Shown here: piece by piece, positions 26,373-38,460 of the stretch
Layout: the number at the start of each line of letters is the position of its first letter
Numbering within the stretch: the stretch's first letter is position 1
NCBI GenBank assembly: GCA_964234715.1
Contig: OZ174276.1
From: Podarcis melisellensis
Taxonomy: Eukaryota
Strand: one strand, 5' to 3'
DNA length: 64,000 nt
Translations under genes and position numbers: made by a program
The notes under the pieces: model-generated
Told to the model about the DNA's origin: nothing
Databases searched by the model: none
The model's input: only the letters and a program-made list of their open reading frames with translations

Positions 26373-28160
26373 GAGAGTCTGCTAAATCCATTGCTTCTCC
26401 CACCAGAATTGCTCCATCTCTTAGCTGGGACGATGGTGGCCTGGAAGTAGCTGCTTAATCAACTCCTCCCCTGAGTGGCAGGAGAATAAGCTATGCTGCA
26501 GCATCTACCACACCACTGAGGTAACATGAAATCAACTAATCTCAGCATTCTAACTACTACTCAGTTTTCCAGATAGGATGACTGATTTTCTTCCTACATT
26601 TATATTTCCCCTACGAACTAACGCCTGATTTTTCTCTCTTTGAGCTAACAGATATCAGCCGTACAGGAAAAATTAAGTGACAATGATTGGCAGGGAATAT
26701 CTTTTGGTGTATTTCTATTATTAGATTTCAGGATATAGCATGCAATCACTATTCTCATAAAGCAGCAGTGCATTAATGCAAGAAATTACTTAGGCATATG
26801 TGGCTTCAGTTTTTGCTCCTAGTGCAGGAAATCTGCATGAAATTTTATGAAACATGTTAACTTTTGGTACCCTAATTTATATCCCATCATCCATCCTGAG
26901 TTTATTCTTCTCCAAAGTGTTTTGCAATGGCTGCCTCATCCTTTAGAATTTCTCTTTTGAATCACTATTACAGCTAATTGTTGCAAAATTTCAAGGTATA
27001 TAATATATTTTTTTAAAGCAATATATTCTAAAGAAGACAGTTGTTGCATGTTGTTTCTCTGGTAACATCAATGAGGCAGGCATGTGAAGCTTATATCAAT
27101 TAATTGAGGTTACACAGAGGTAGAATACCCCTTATTTGCTTCCAATGCCACATAAGAGAACAGGCCTGAAAAATGTTTCAGAGAAAAAAAATGAATTAAA
27201 TATAAGGACTGATAGCACTGAGGGCAGTAGATCATACATTATAAAGAAGGAAAAGAAATTGGAAAGATGACTAATGCTTTATGTGCACTGCTGATTTACA
27301 AAAGGTGACTGCTCCATTGCAGCTGGCAGCACGCGATACTAAACAGATGCTATAGACTTGTGTTGTCCTGTTAGGAAGCACCTCATCAGAATTCATAACA
27401 GGGCATATCATATCATAGTGCTTTGTATGATGTTAAAACAAGTGGCATAGAATTAGGAAAATATATACATATCATGTTTTCCCTCTAAGAAACACTGCAT
27501 GGAATATCCATACAATGTGCATATATCCTCCTATGTCATTGGTTTAAAGAGCACATAGAGCATTATACCTATCATTTGGAACTCCCATGATATCACAAGT
27601 CTACTCTTCAGTACCTATTCCTCATTGTGTTGGGCATCTGTTTTTCTTAAACAAGTTCCATATAGGTAAAATAATTTACTGTTACTAGTAGATAGTTTCA
27701 ACTCTGACTGATAACAGCCCATTTCTACTGCCCATCATGCTTCTTCATTTCTCAAAGGCTCTGAGAACCAGGAAAACAATAAAATGAGTTGCATAACTAG
27801 CTAGGAGGTTATTTTAAGAACAGTGTGTGTTCCCTGACTGCACTGACTAAATGCAGGAGTTGGTACATAATTCAGTATCTAAGGCTGCAATCCAATACAC
27901 ATCCACCAAGTAAGCCAGATTGGATAGAGTAGAGATTACTTCTGGTAAACGTAAGTGGTTGAAGGGTAGATCAGTGCCCTGCCTCATTCGTTCCCTCTCT
28001 TCCTAAAGGAAAAGCTCTGTGCATTATGAAAACATGTGTTTATAGTCAAATATATGTTTGTGTATTGTTTCTCATCCAGATAGATAATAATGGAATAAAA
28101 GTATGTTCTATAAACAGGCATCAGTTCCAGCAGCAACTTGGGGGGGAGGGGAGCAGATTT

Positions 28161-28305
28161 CATAGAATCACAGTTGGAAGAGATCCCAGGAATCATCTAG
28201 TCCAAACCCTTGCAGTGCAGGAATATGCAGCTGTCCCATACGGAGATTGAACCTGCAACCATGGCGATATTAGCACCACACTCTAACTAAATGAGCTATT
28301 CAGGC
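28161..28305 (-). mobile_element. tRNA-Ile(AAT)-headed SINE with CR1 3' tail
   Basis: Reverse strand tagctcatttagttagagtgtggtgctaatatcgccatggttgcaggttcaatctccgtatgggaca aligns to tRNA-Ile-AAT; followed by attcctgcactgcaagggtttggactagatg..cttccaactgtgattctatg. Confidence 0.85.
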
Positions 28306-28499
28306 ATCTAATTTTGTCCAACAAGTACTTCATCAATCTTCTGCTGGTAATGACATAGTCATAAATCACAGTATATGGTACAATCTAAACTTCACAGTGT
28401 TAGGTAATTTTAGCTGTTTAGTTTTACTTGTGATGCTGCTGGATCGGCTTGTTTATGAAAGTGGAAGTGGGGATGAGCCTTTGGTTGACTCTGACATTG

Positions 28500-28620
28500 G
28501 TTCTGGCTCCATCTACTGTTTGTCTCACTGTTGTCTACACTACCAGTCTTTCCCAGCAGTACTGGAGTCACCAGGTATTGAACCTGGCAGCTTGTACATG
28601 CAACTCATGTGCTCTACCAT
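28500..28620 (-). mobile_element. Degenerate tRNA-derived SINE (family of 33620-33815)
   Basis: Reverse strand tggtagagcacatgagttgcatg..ccaggttcaatacctgg..tgctgggaaagact..gtgtagacaa. Confidence 0.55.
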
Positions 28621-29510
28621 TTACAAAGATGAATGTCTATCAGGCATGCATGTTGAGCATGCTGCTTTATGGTAGTGAGACAAGGGCAACTTATACCCGC
28701 TAGGAGCGGCACCTCAGTGCAGGGCTGGATTTAGGTCTGATGAGGCCCTAAGCTACTGAAGGTAATAGGGCACTTTATATGTCCTTTGTCAACAACAAAT
28801 TGTTGCTTTTTTGTGTTGAATATATGCTATATGGTAATTTATGGACCTAATAGGTATCTAAAGCCATTTGCTGTATGTAGGTTTTATTTGTTTTTAATCT
28901 TATATTTTGGAAATGTACATCCAGGTCTTTTTCTTTAATTTTTTTTGGGGGGCCCTGAAGAGAGTGAGGCCCTAAGCTATAGCTTGTTCTGTCACTGCCT
29001 CAGTGCCTTCCACATGGACTGCATCAGGAAGATTTTGGACATCGCAGAGTCTCAAACAAAGCTGTACTCTCCCAAGCCCACATTCCCACTCCTGTCTCAG
29101 TGACGTCTACACTGGCTTCTAGATGGCAGGATCTCCAAGAACATGCTCTATAGGGAGCTGGCTTCAGAAACCAGGCCCATTGGCAGACCAACTATGCATT
29201 ACAAAGGTGTCTGCAAATGTCACATGAAGGCTGGAAACATCAACCCCGTCAAAGGTAATCCCTAGTAGATGACTGCAGCTCTTGGAGACAGTCAGGTCAT
29301 GTATCCACAGCAGTGACCAAAGGAAGAATGATCGCTTGGAGGAGCACAGAGAGAAGAAATGCTATGGATGCCTTCATCTGCCTCAGCAGCAAGAAAACAT
29401 GTCTCTCCTGTATTGGCACAGCAGCTGCTGCAACCTTCCAACAGTTTGACTTCACCCCCAAAGGCACACTCTTCCATTGCCTCCTGAGACAGATGGATGC
29501 CAATCAACTA
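28621..29510 (+). mobile_element. Decayed RTE-clade LINE 3' fragment (non-BovB), interrupted by a MITE
   Basis: TKMNVYQACMLSMLLYGSET..TYTR*ERHLS / AFHMDCIRKILDI...DGRISKNMLYRELASETRPIGRPTMHYKGVCK; the frame continues across the MITE. Confidence 0.8.
28720..28997. mobile_element. hAT-type MITE inside the RTE LINE
   Basis: CAG...CTG termini; perfect 8-bp TSD CCTCAGTG (28712, 28998); internal repeat tgaggccctaagcta occurs twice. Confidence 0.85.
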
Positions 29511-29650
29511 TTTAGCTACAGACTTACCCCTCGAATCTCATAAGACCTTGTGGCAATCCACACCAAAGGACTTGAGATGGCAATGCATTGAAGATGACTC
29601 TTCCTCCATCCCAGCAAATCCTTCCCTCCCTCCACAGTCTTTGCTTATGG

Positions 29651-29786
29651 CTGTGCTATTTTTCTAGAAAAAAGGGTGCTGGGAATCACCATGGGCGCCT
29701 CCCTTGTTCTCTTAAAATGGCAATAGCGCCCACCTAAAAGGTGTCAGAACTGAGTTCTGGTGAGTTCCGGCTGAAAAAAAGCCCTG
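29651..29786. mobile_element. Short hAT-type MITE
   Basis: Ends ctgtgctatttttctag / aaaaaaagccctg; flanks cttatgg/cttgtgg; an inverted relative lies at 40013-40106. Confidence 0.7.
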
Positions 29787-30719
29787 CTTGTGGCAGAGCA
29801 GTTAACCACGTGCGTCTCCCACTGCAGTGTAAAGTGACACACCCCAGGAACAGCTATTGTCAAACTGCCGACAGAACACAATTACCATCTTCCAAGTTCT
29901 GTTACTTGCAAAGTGTGATAATCAAAGCAGAAACCTGCCTGTTTGGGAATATTGGAGAGGTTGTACATGTTGGGCAATGAGTACTCTCTGTACTGAAGCT
30001 CAGTACACAAAGCTGCATGCATAGCAGTGTGCCTACCCATAAAGTGTAGGGAATATTAATGACTTTGGGTGAGTTTCACGGCTTACATCACATGATTCCA
30101 TTTAGCCCCACAATATTATGTTGGTTTCTATTTTTATAAGCAATTCCCATGGTGATGTCATAGCATCTTTGGTGGTCCATATTTCTTGTCTAGCTCACAC
30201 TGATACTTTTATCTTCCCGGAAGTCGGAAAGGTCAAACAGTTAATGAACTTTTTTAAAGGAATATCCAGTCCTTTTCTATCTAGATATTTGGCTCTGGCA
30301 AAAGGAGCCTGCTGTGCCAAACACCCATTCTGTTGCCATTGCTTTCCTGCTGAGAAACCCATTTTCTAGATAATAAAGTGAGCACTCAAGTGTAGAAAAG
30401 GAAGAAAAGCTTGAGAATGAAAAGGTCTATAACAAGGGAGTGAGGGAGACGTTAAACACCAGCACGTTGCTAGTCATTTCTCCTGCAGTTACTACCATTC
30501 TATTCTCGCTTTTAGTATTCCAGTGAACTGTTTTCAAGGCAAAACAGAAGGGATGTGATCTGTTTTTACAGCTGTTAAAGAACAGTTACATCTGACATAT
30601 AATTGTACCAAACAAAATATTTGCATACAAGTGGATTTTCCAGGATGATCAAGCTGTGACAACATAAACTCAAGAGTTTAACAGCTAGGGAACCGCAGGG
30701 TTTTATATATCTTTCAAAA

Positions 30720-30840
30720 GGCATGGTTAACCTGTGGTCCTTCGAATATTGTTGAACTTCAACTCCAATCTTCTCTGACTATCAGCCATGATGGATGGAG
30801 CTGATGGGAGTTGGAGTCCAACACCTGGAGAGCCCCACCC
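30720..30840. mobile_element. Old palindromic hAT-type MITE
   Basis: Degenerate arms ttgaacttcaactccaatc / gatgggagttggagtccaac; similar to 15434-15570. Confidence 0.55.
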
Positions 30841-30955
30841 CTAGTTTAAACTGAGACATGGTATCAGTGAGGGAAGAAATGTTTTGCAAAACAATGTATT
30901 GACCTTTGTTTTATGAAAATATGAAGCTGACTTTTTCAACTGTTCCATCTAATTG

Positions 30956-31059
30956 TAGAATCACAGAGTTGGAAAAGACCACAAAGATCATCTAGCCCAA
31001 CTTGCTGTGTGCAGGAATCTTTTGCCCAACCGCATGCTCTACCAACTGAGCTATCCCAG
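30956..31059 (-). mobile_element. Second tRNA-Lys-headed CR1-tail SINE, internally deleted
   Basis: Reverse strand gggatagctcagttggtagagcatg..gttgggca (5' and 3' ends of tRNA-Lys), then agattcctgca..ctagatgatctttgtggtcttttccaactctgtgattcta. Confidence 0.75.
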
Positions 31060-31536
31060 GAGATGCAGCACTGTCTACTCCAAGTGTCTGTGGCTCTTCA
31101 AGGTCTCAGATAAAGGCCTTACAAAATGTTTGAAAAGTCAGTCTGGATGATACCCACAGGTCCCTTCTAAATCTGTGTATGTAAGGGAAACCTCAACTGG
31201 CCAGAATAATCTCTTTGTACGGTAATGGCCTTAGCTAGCCAGTTAAGTGCTCTGAGCAGCATCTTAAAGAGTGAGCAATGCTGCCCGAGTGACAACTAAG
31301 TGATAGCACCGTCCAGAAAAGTGGTAGGCCACTCAGAGATTGGGATGTGGACAATATAGTTGTTTATTTCACAATTTAAGTCAATGACTAGACCTACAAA
31401 GCATTGCATTTTCCATTGCAAAAGTCTCAATTGGCCCCAAACTGAAATACACACTTTTCAAAGTGGCTCGGCCTAAATCAACTTGCTTTCTGAAAGCTAG
31501 ATCTTATCTTTGGTGCATACTCCCAGATATATTATA

Positions 31537-31766
31537 CAGTGGTACCTCAGGTAAGTACTTAATTCGTTCCGGAGGTCCGTTCTTAACCTGAAGCACCACT
31601 TTAGCTAATGGGGCCTCCCGCTGCTGCTGCCACCGCGCCGCCGGAGAACGATTTCTGTTCTCATCCTGAAGCAAAGTTCTTAACCTGAAGTACTATTTCT
31701 GGATGAGTGGAGTCTGTAACCTGAAGCATATGTAATCTGAAGCATATGTAACCCAAGGTACCACTG
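31537..31766 (+). mobile_element. Tc1/mariner (Tigger-like) MITE
   Basis: TA TSD; TIR CAGTGGTACCT / AGGTACCACTG; internal TAACCTGAAG repeats; highly similar to the 49373 and 50343 copies (strand is relative orientation only). Confidence 0.9.
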
Positions 31767-32766
31767 TATTGCCTTCCAGAAATGTCCTTCTGAATTTTAC
31801 ACAGGACAATCTCCCTGCAAAATTTATTTATTTAGAGATTTATAGGTCATCATACAAAACTGAATTTTCTCAAGATGGAAAACAGTTACTATAATATAAA
31901 TAGTAACTGTAACTGTTTAAATGTAACAGTACATTTAAAACAAGTTATCTTTCAAAATCATTCAGCTTAAGCAGCAGCATGCAACCATTTCCAGCCAGAC
32001 TAGTACAAAGTAATATTTTGGTATTAAATAGAGAGAAACTATAGTTTAAAACACAACACCATTTCAATAAACATCAGCTGATTATCCCTATGTTAACTGT
32101 AGGCAGAGCCACAATAGCCTGATTTTGGAAGGATCTAGCCTGAGCAGACATTTCTCACTGGTACATGAAAGTATGAGACTTAGCTCTACTAGAAAAAATG
32201 ACAATATAAACAGAGCCTCGAGAAGTAAAAGAAAAAAGGTAAGGACATATTTCTTTCTTCTTGGTATAATATTACTGATGCAGAACACAACCAATTGCCC
32301 CACCATACCCTGGCCTAAATGGTTGTGAATAATACAGTAAAGTCCAAAACAAAACAGAGCTTCACAAACAAAGGTTTGTTGGAAATGCAGAACACCCTAC
32401 TGGAAAATAAGGGGTATCCATGTCCAGTGTTTTTATTTTTATAGACTGGTTATAATTTCTATCATACCCAAAGTCTGCAGTGCGTTATGGTTGCCCTGGT
32501 CCCCTTTTTGTCTCTGCTTCAATATTTCATACTTGTTTTCTGTAATGCATAGTTTTGTATTTTGAAAAGATGCCCACTTAAAAGCAGATAGATAGGGATC
32601 CAGACAGGGATCCTTTAGGAGGGTGCTCTCTGGGGCTACCACTGTAGCAACCCTTTCACTTGTGCCCACCAACCTAACTGCCCTTCATGGCAGGCTTGTG
32701 AGCAGGATTTCCTGACATTAAAAAACCAGTCACCCTAACTGGACATGCAGTTGCTAAGTGGAAGGT

Positions 32767-33379
32767 TGTCATGAACTGGCAGAACAATGGGGAGGAGGAA
32801 GAGGATCCCGGCCATGGTTATAGCCGGGACTAGGACACACCAGGGCAAGCTGGGGATAGGGAAGGAGAGGTTGGTGTAGGAAGTACTCACGGGGTGGTGG
32901 AGGATGATGATGAGGGGATAGCGGTCAGTGCACAGGAACCAGAGAAGCAGGACCCACCCACAAGAGCCAGAGGAGCCCCTGTCTCCACAAACACAGCAGG
33001 CTCTGGGGAATAGGGAGCAGTGGAAGGGGTGCTCTAAGAGGCTAGAGCAGGCAAGGGCCCACAGCAAAGCTCATTACCTGGCCAGGTGGAGCTCACCAGC
33101 TCTGGGAGGAGGTGTGTGATTCTTCAGAACAGGTGAGGGCACATGCCTCATCAAGCTCAGATGCTGTAACCAGCAGGCACAGTATAAGAAGGAAAGCAGA
33201 GCTGAGATGCTGTGTTTGCTTGGATGTTCCAGGGAGTTCTTTGGGACTGATCTCCAGGTGCCCTGACCCCTGGATTGACTGCAGAGGTGGCCTGATTTTG
33301 GACTTGCTGACAGGTACCCAGTGGTTCAGGACAAAGGTAGCCATTATTGAGCAGGGAAACTTCAAGGGAAACTCTAACA
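32767..33379 (+). mobile_element. LTR-like element (613 bp)
   Basis: TGTCA...TAACA termini, purine-rich 5' half, TATAAG at 33183, flanked by GGAAGGT/TGAAGGT. Confidence 0.45.
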
Positions 33380-33619
33380 TGAAGGTTACCAATCAATGAA
33401 ATACTATCACCCCCACTTGGATAAAGAATATATTTCTATAGGCGTTAATTTATTTACAATGATATGATGCTTGTGTAATCCATTGCTGCTATTGTGAATG
33501 CTTATTGTGGTTTAATAGAATTGTCATAGGTTCTAGTTCTCTTCTACACCCATGTATTGGCTGCCAAATAAAAATCAAACTTCATGTGTCTAAAGTGGAC
33601 TTAGATACTTTAAAAGAAA

Positions 33620-33815
33620 ATTAGGGTTAGGACCATAACTCAGTGGTAGACCACAGGCTTTGCATTCAGAAGTTCCTAGTTCAGTCACTGATGTCAATAA
33701 ATAGGACTGAGAAAGACCTTGTGTGAAACTCTGTTGAGCTGAAGTCAATCGATGTGGGGAACAATATTCAGCTAGATAACCCAATGGTCTGACTCAGCTT
33801 AAAGCTGCTTCCTAT
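33620..33815 (+). mobile_element. tRNA-derived squamate SINE (old)
   Basis: A-box-like taactcagtggtaga, B-box-like agttcagtc, tail agctagataacccaatggtctgactcagc..gctgcttcctat. Confidence 0.65.
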
Positions 33816-34073
33816 TATTTATGTCATTAAAAAATTAGTGCCACCACAAAACTCAGCTGTTTTTGTTGAAGGCAAGCAGTTAAAAGTGGTGGTGTACACA
33901 ACAATTCCATGCATATCACTTTTTGAGAAACTGGAGCAAGCAAAGTGTAAGGGCAGGAACTTATTTTTAGTCGGTTCATTGTTGTACTACTTTTTTGTAT
34001 CTAAGAGTCAATTCAAATAGTTAGCAGCTGCACAGAAGCTTTAAATCTAACTGAAGCATGGTAGAGATGGTAT

Positions 34074-34485
34074 CAGTGGCATAGGAAGGGGGGTGCGGTG
34101 GAAGCAGTCCGCCCCGGGTGTCATCACTGAGGGGGGTGACAAAATAGCAAAAATGTGAGATATATATAGGGCTCATGAAACTTTTTAGTTCAGTCAACAA
34201 ACGCAATGAAACACAGCTGGCACTGGGCACCACACTGTGGGGGCCGGCACTTACCGCTGGGCCTGTGGGTGCCCGAGCCACACATCTCTCCTGGGAGTGA
34301 CGTGGTGGCTTGGGCGCCTGCAGGCTCTGTGCTGCCTGAAACAGCAGCGTGGGGCTTGCGTCTGCCCACCGCCTCTCCCTCAGCTGCCCGACAGCTGAGG
34401 GAGAGGTGGCGGAGAGGCTTTGCGCAATGTGCCCTGCCCTAGCTCGCTTTGCCCCCAGGTACCCGAGCGGCTAGCTACGCTGTTG
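34074..34485. mobile_element. GC-rich hAT (Tip100-like) MITE
   Basis: Imperfect TIRs cagtggcatag / ctacgctgttg; perfect 8-bp TSD GATGGTAT (34066, 34486). Confidence 0.85.
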
Positions 34486-35519
34486 GATGGTATGTCAGGT
34501 GCAGTGAACTACGGTACATAACCAGCTCAGCAGATGGACTAGACTTTGGCTTTTCAGCATCCTGCATAGGTGCCAAAGGAGATCATTGCAAGGAGGGCAC
34601 TTGTGTTCATATAAGATTCATTTGAAAGCAGGGACAGCCTGATCAGGAAGCATTTCTCCTCCTCCTAGAGTTTAATCCTTGTGTGTCATTAAAAATGAAT
34701 TCCAATCTAGAGCAGATTGGTGGCTATATATATATATATTGTTTCTGCTATGAATATGTGAGAAGCCACCCCACACTCTGTGTAACATGTGACAAAGTGA
34801 GGGTTCATGGAGCTGCCTGGATCTGTCCCAGCAATGCTTGTCAACGTATTAAGTTCCTCCTTACATTGTGACCAAATAGTTATTGCGAGAGAATCAGGCT
34901 GTCGATTCATATTTTCTCACAATACACTTTACCAGCATTAATGCAGTACTCACAATAATGCAATATTTTCACAGTATTAAAATATTTTTTTAAAATATTA
35001 GTACTCCATGCTAATTGTGGCTTTTCCAATAATTTATGCAATAGATTATATACATCTTGGCTGCTTTTTATTTACTGCATTTTGTGTATATATTAGTAAA
35101 TGTATCTAAAACGTAAAAACATTTTATATGTCAAGCATGTTTATACATATTGGACAAACAATTCATGTATCCTCTACAGAAAGTATTGTTATGATGTCCC
35201 AATAGATGGCAGTGTTGAGACTTATTTTGCTCCTTACTCTGTAACCTAACATTATATAATATAGAAATCTTAACATTAATTTTGTGTTTAAGTAGTTTGA
35301 GCCTGGGATTAAGTCAGAGGAGGAAATAAATTCAAAAGCTAACAGCTAGTTTAGTGCAAACCACACAGGTATTCCAATTCCTAGAAGCAGCAGACATCTG
35401 TGCTAAAGCAAAATTGATTCCACCAGACAAAATACAACATGGCAGCTGGTGAGACAAAGAAAGAGAACCGTAACAAATTATGGTTATGTGTTTAACATAA
35501 CAGGTCACAGAAATGGTAT

Positions 35520-35787
35520 TTGAGGTCACTATGTTATATGGCTCCAATCTTGTGGATATGTCCTTTGGTTCCGTCTTGTCTTTCAATCTGTTTAACATCT
35601 ACATGAAACCTCTAAGGGAGTTTGCTTGCCTGTGGATTTTTAGTTAGGTATCAATATGTAAGCAATACCTAGATCTCCCTCTTCCCCACGCACCCTCTTT
35701 TTTCTAACACCAAACAAGCTGCATAGGTTCTGAATAGTTACAGTATATGGTTGCTATAATAGACTAGAAATGGACTAATAAAATGAG
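35520..35787 (+). mobile_element. Decayed L2-clade RT fragment
   Basis: GSVLSFNLFNIYMKPLRE motif; NKMRLNP is restored when the 35788-36067 insertion and one TSD are removed. Confidence 0.65.
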
Positions 35788-36067
35788 CCCTTTCATGGAT
35801 CACTGCCTTGTTGTGGTGAAGGGGCTTGAAGAAGTCCAAGAAGCTATGAGCTATGCCATGCAGGGCCACCCAAGACGGACAGGTCATAGCCATAAGTTTA
35901 GACTAAATGTGATCCACCTGGAAGAAGGAACTGGCAATCCACTCCTTATTTTGCCAAGAAAACTCCATGGACATAAAAAAGGAGAAGCTTTGAGAAGAAA
36001 GTTTTCAAAGCATGCTCTGATTCATGGGGTCACGGAGAGTCGAACACGACTAAGACATCTAAACAAC
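35788..36067 (+). mobile_element. Bipartite non-autonomous BovB derivative (5' UTR part fused to 3' end; Bov-A-like)
   Basis: 5' part catggatcactgccttg..gccatgcagggccacccaagacggacaggtcatag..ggaagaaggaactggcaatccactcc resembles the BovB 5' region; 3' part catggggtcacggagagtcgaacacgact..aaacaac matches 23821-23865; TSD AATAAAATGAG/AATTAAATGAG. Confidence 0.8.
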
Positions 36068-36860
36068 AATTAAATGAGGCTTAATCCAGTTTAAGGGTTC
36101 TGGGAATTGTAGCTTTGTGAGGGGTGAACTACAGTTCTCAGGATTTTTTAAAGAATGTGTACTTTAAATATATAGTGTGTACACATTGTCAGATGTCATA
36201 GAATGATGACATACTTAACTGTCCTGATTTAATAAGGAAATCCTGTTTTGGGGCACTGTGCTCTCATGCAAGTCATGTGACGCATGTGGGAGTGCAGCTA
36301 TAAAAGGCGTGCATCCCAGTTTTCCTCTGGGACATGTTGGAGGGTATGTGGTGAGGGTGATTTGGGTGCTGCTGTTCACAGGCGTAATATGGCAATGCAA
36401 GCTGGGGTGGATGTTAATTGGGAAAGAAGGTTGAGCCATTTGAGGACTGTCCCTTCTTCCAGTCCTGGGGAGATTGATGGTCATGTTTGCTATCCCTTGA
36501 ACATGAAGATGCTGCTGGTTAACTACAGATGGAGAGATAATAAGACTGTGGCAATCAAGGACTTGGTTGTGGTTGATAAACTGATCTGGCAAGTGTCAGA
36601 GCAGGAGCTGGGAATTGGATCTGGCTGGAGGGCTGGATGCAGAGCTGCCCAGCCTCATAGGCCATTCTGACAGGTGGGTGGGACAACCCACTTGTCAGTC
36701 ACCTGATATCAGTTAAGTCAAAGTTCAAGCACTAAAATAATAGATAAGACTCTGCTGCTGCCTTTTACTATGGAACTACTAGTCCAGGGACAGGATGGCA
36801 ACATTGATAGCATAGGAGTACTCATGGATCTGGCCTTGTGGTGTTTGCTATAGCAATCTA

Positions 36861-37284
36861 GCCCAGGTGGTGCAATGGGTCAGTGTATTGGCTGTTAACC
36901 AGAAGGTTGGTGATTCAAGCCCACCCAGGGTATAGCTGTGGGCAGGATTCCTGCATTGCAGAGTTCTAGATCAGGGATGTCCAACTCCTAATAGACTGCA
37001 ATCTACTCACATTATTAAAAAACTGGTGGTGATCTACCCATTGTTGTTGGATAGACCAAAGTTGAGCTTTTTTGAGGAAGCCAAAGTTGTTGAACTTTCT
37101 TTAGGAAACCACAGTTGTTCCACCCACTTTTGTGGTGGGGGGGACGGAACAAAAAAACTGAGGGGCCAAAGCTCTACCAGGAAAACTCCCGCGATCTACC
37201 AGTAGATCACGATCTACCTGTTGGACATGCCTGGACTAGATGATCAAATGGGTCCTTTCCAACTTACGATTCTGTTACTCTGTT
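36861..37284 (+). mobile_element. tRNA-Asn(GTT)-headed SINE with CR1 3' tail, split by a MITE
   Basis: gtggtgcaatgggtcagtgtattggctgttaaccagaaggttggtgattcaagcccacccaggg aligns to tRNA-Asn-GTT; then gattcctgcattgcag..[MITE]..gactagatg..ggtcctttccaacttacgattctg. Confidence 0.85.
36972..37233. mobile_element. hAT (Charlie-like) MITE
   Basis: TIRs CAGGGATGTCCAAC / GTTGGACATGCCTG; 8-bp flanks TTCTAGAT/GACTAGAT. Confidence 0.8.
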
Positions 37285-37632
37285 AAGAAGTGCGTTTTCA
37301 GCTGATGTGCCAATTGCACCCATTCCTGGTACACCCATTCCTTGCCATCACCTTAGATGAATTGTTTCTTGATTAAATTATTGTAATGTGTTCTGTGTAA
37401 GAGCTACCACTTGAAAATGCCTCCTACCTTTTACATTTTAAAGCTTAATAGAATGAAACAAGAAGCTTAGGGTATTCTCTGGGCATCATATCCATCTAAT
37501 TTCAGGGTGATTGGTCCTCACTAGAGAAGCATTTAAGAAGGAGTAGATAGCCAATAAAACTTCACATGATTTTGATAAAAATGGAAGTGGGAGCATATTA
37601 GTCTTGATCAGAACAAAAACAAAAGTACTGGT

Positions 37633-38238
37633 CATAGCTGTCAACTTACAGATTTGAAAATAAGGGACCAGCAGCCTTGGAAATAAGAGACCAGCAGCCA
37701 TAATAAGGGACTTGCAGCCTCACCTGTTCCAGGCACACCAGTCTTCCTGTCTTCCTGCAGTCTGGTCAAACTCATGCTGGTAGCTTCGAGAACACTGTCC
37801 AACCAACTTTGTAACCAGAGGTTTAACTGAATAGAATCTGAATCACATGCACCACAAGGCCTATGCAGCCTCAACTTAAGATGGCTCCCCGGCCTGGCTT
37901 TGCACTGCAAAGTTTGCAGCAGCACGTGCAACAAAATGGCGTCCAGCATTCAAAACCCCCCTCAGCTTTGATTAACTAGCCACCCACAAGGCATGCAAGC
38001 TCCACCCTCCAGTCGTTCTTAGACTTCTTATTGGGTGAGCAACGCAGCTAAGCAACACTGTTGGAGCCTCCCTCCTCCCTGGCCGGCAGGGAGGGAGGGA
38101 GAGGAGCTGCTTCCTTTGAAATTTAAGAGACATCATTTAAGGGACATTTAAGGGACATCCATCAATAAGGGACAGCAGCAGGACATGGCACTGGAATAAG
38201 GGACTGTCCCTTCAAATAAGGGACACTTGACAGCTATG
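37633..38238. mobile_element. hAT-type non-autonomous element (606 bp) with an internal BovB fragment
   Basis: Perfect TIR CATAGCTGTCAA / TTGACAGCTATG; perfect 8-bp TSD GTACTGGT (37625, 38239); multiple subterminal WWTAAGGGAC repeats. Confidence 0.9.
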
Positions 38239-38460
38239 GTACTGGTTCATACAGTGCATATTTACTACATGTGTTTTATATATATATACCTTTACCTTTA
38301 TTTACTACATCTCTGATTCATGTAATTTATTGTCTGATAGTTGATAGTTGTGGCAGCCTTTTTAACCACAACTAAATCCTTGATTGCCATGGAGCATGTG
38401 GTTTGTATTATAAGGGTCTTGCTTCAATCCCTGGCATCTCCAGTTAGAAGGATTATTTAC

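Noticed and set aside
28232-36933. Functional tRNA genes (Ile at 28232-28305, Asn at 36861-36933; also Lys near 19150-19737)
   Set aside because: They have CpG-decay substitutions and broken stems and are fused to a CR1 tail; these are SINE heads.
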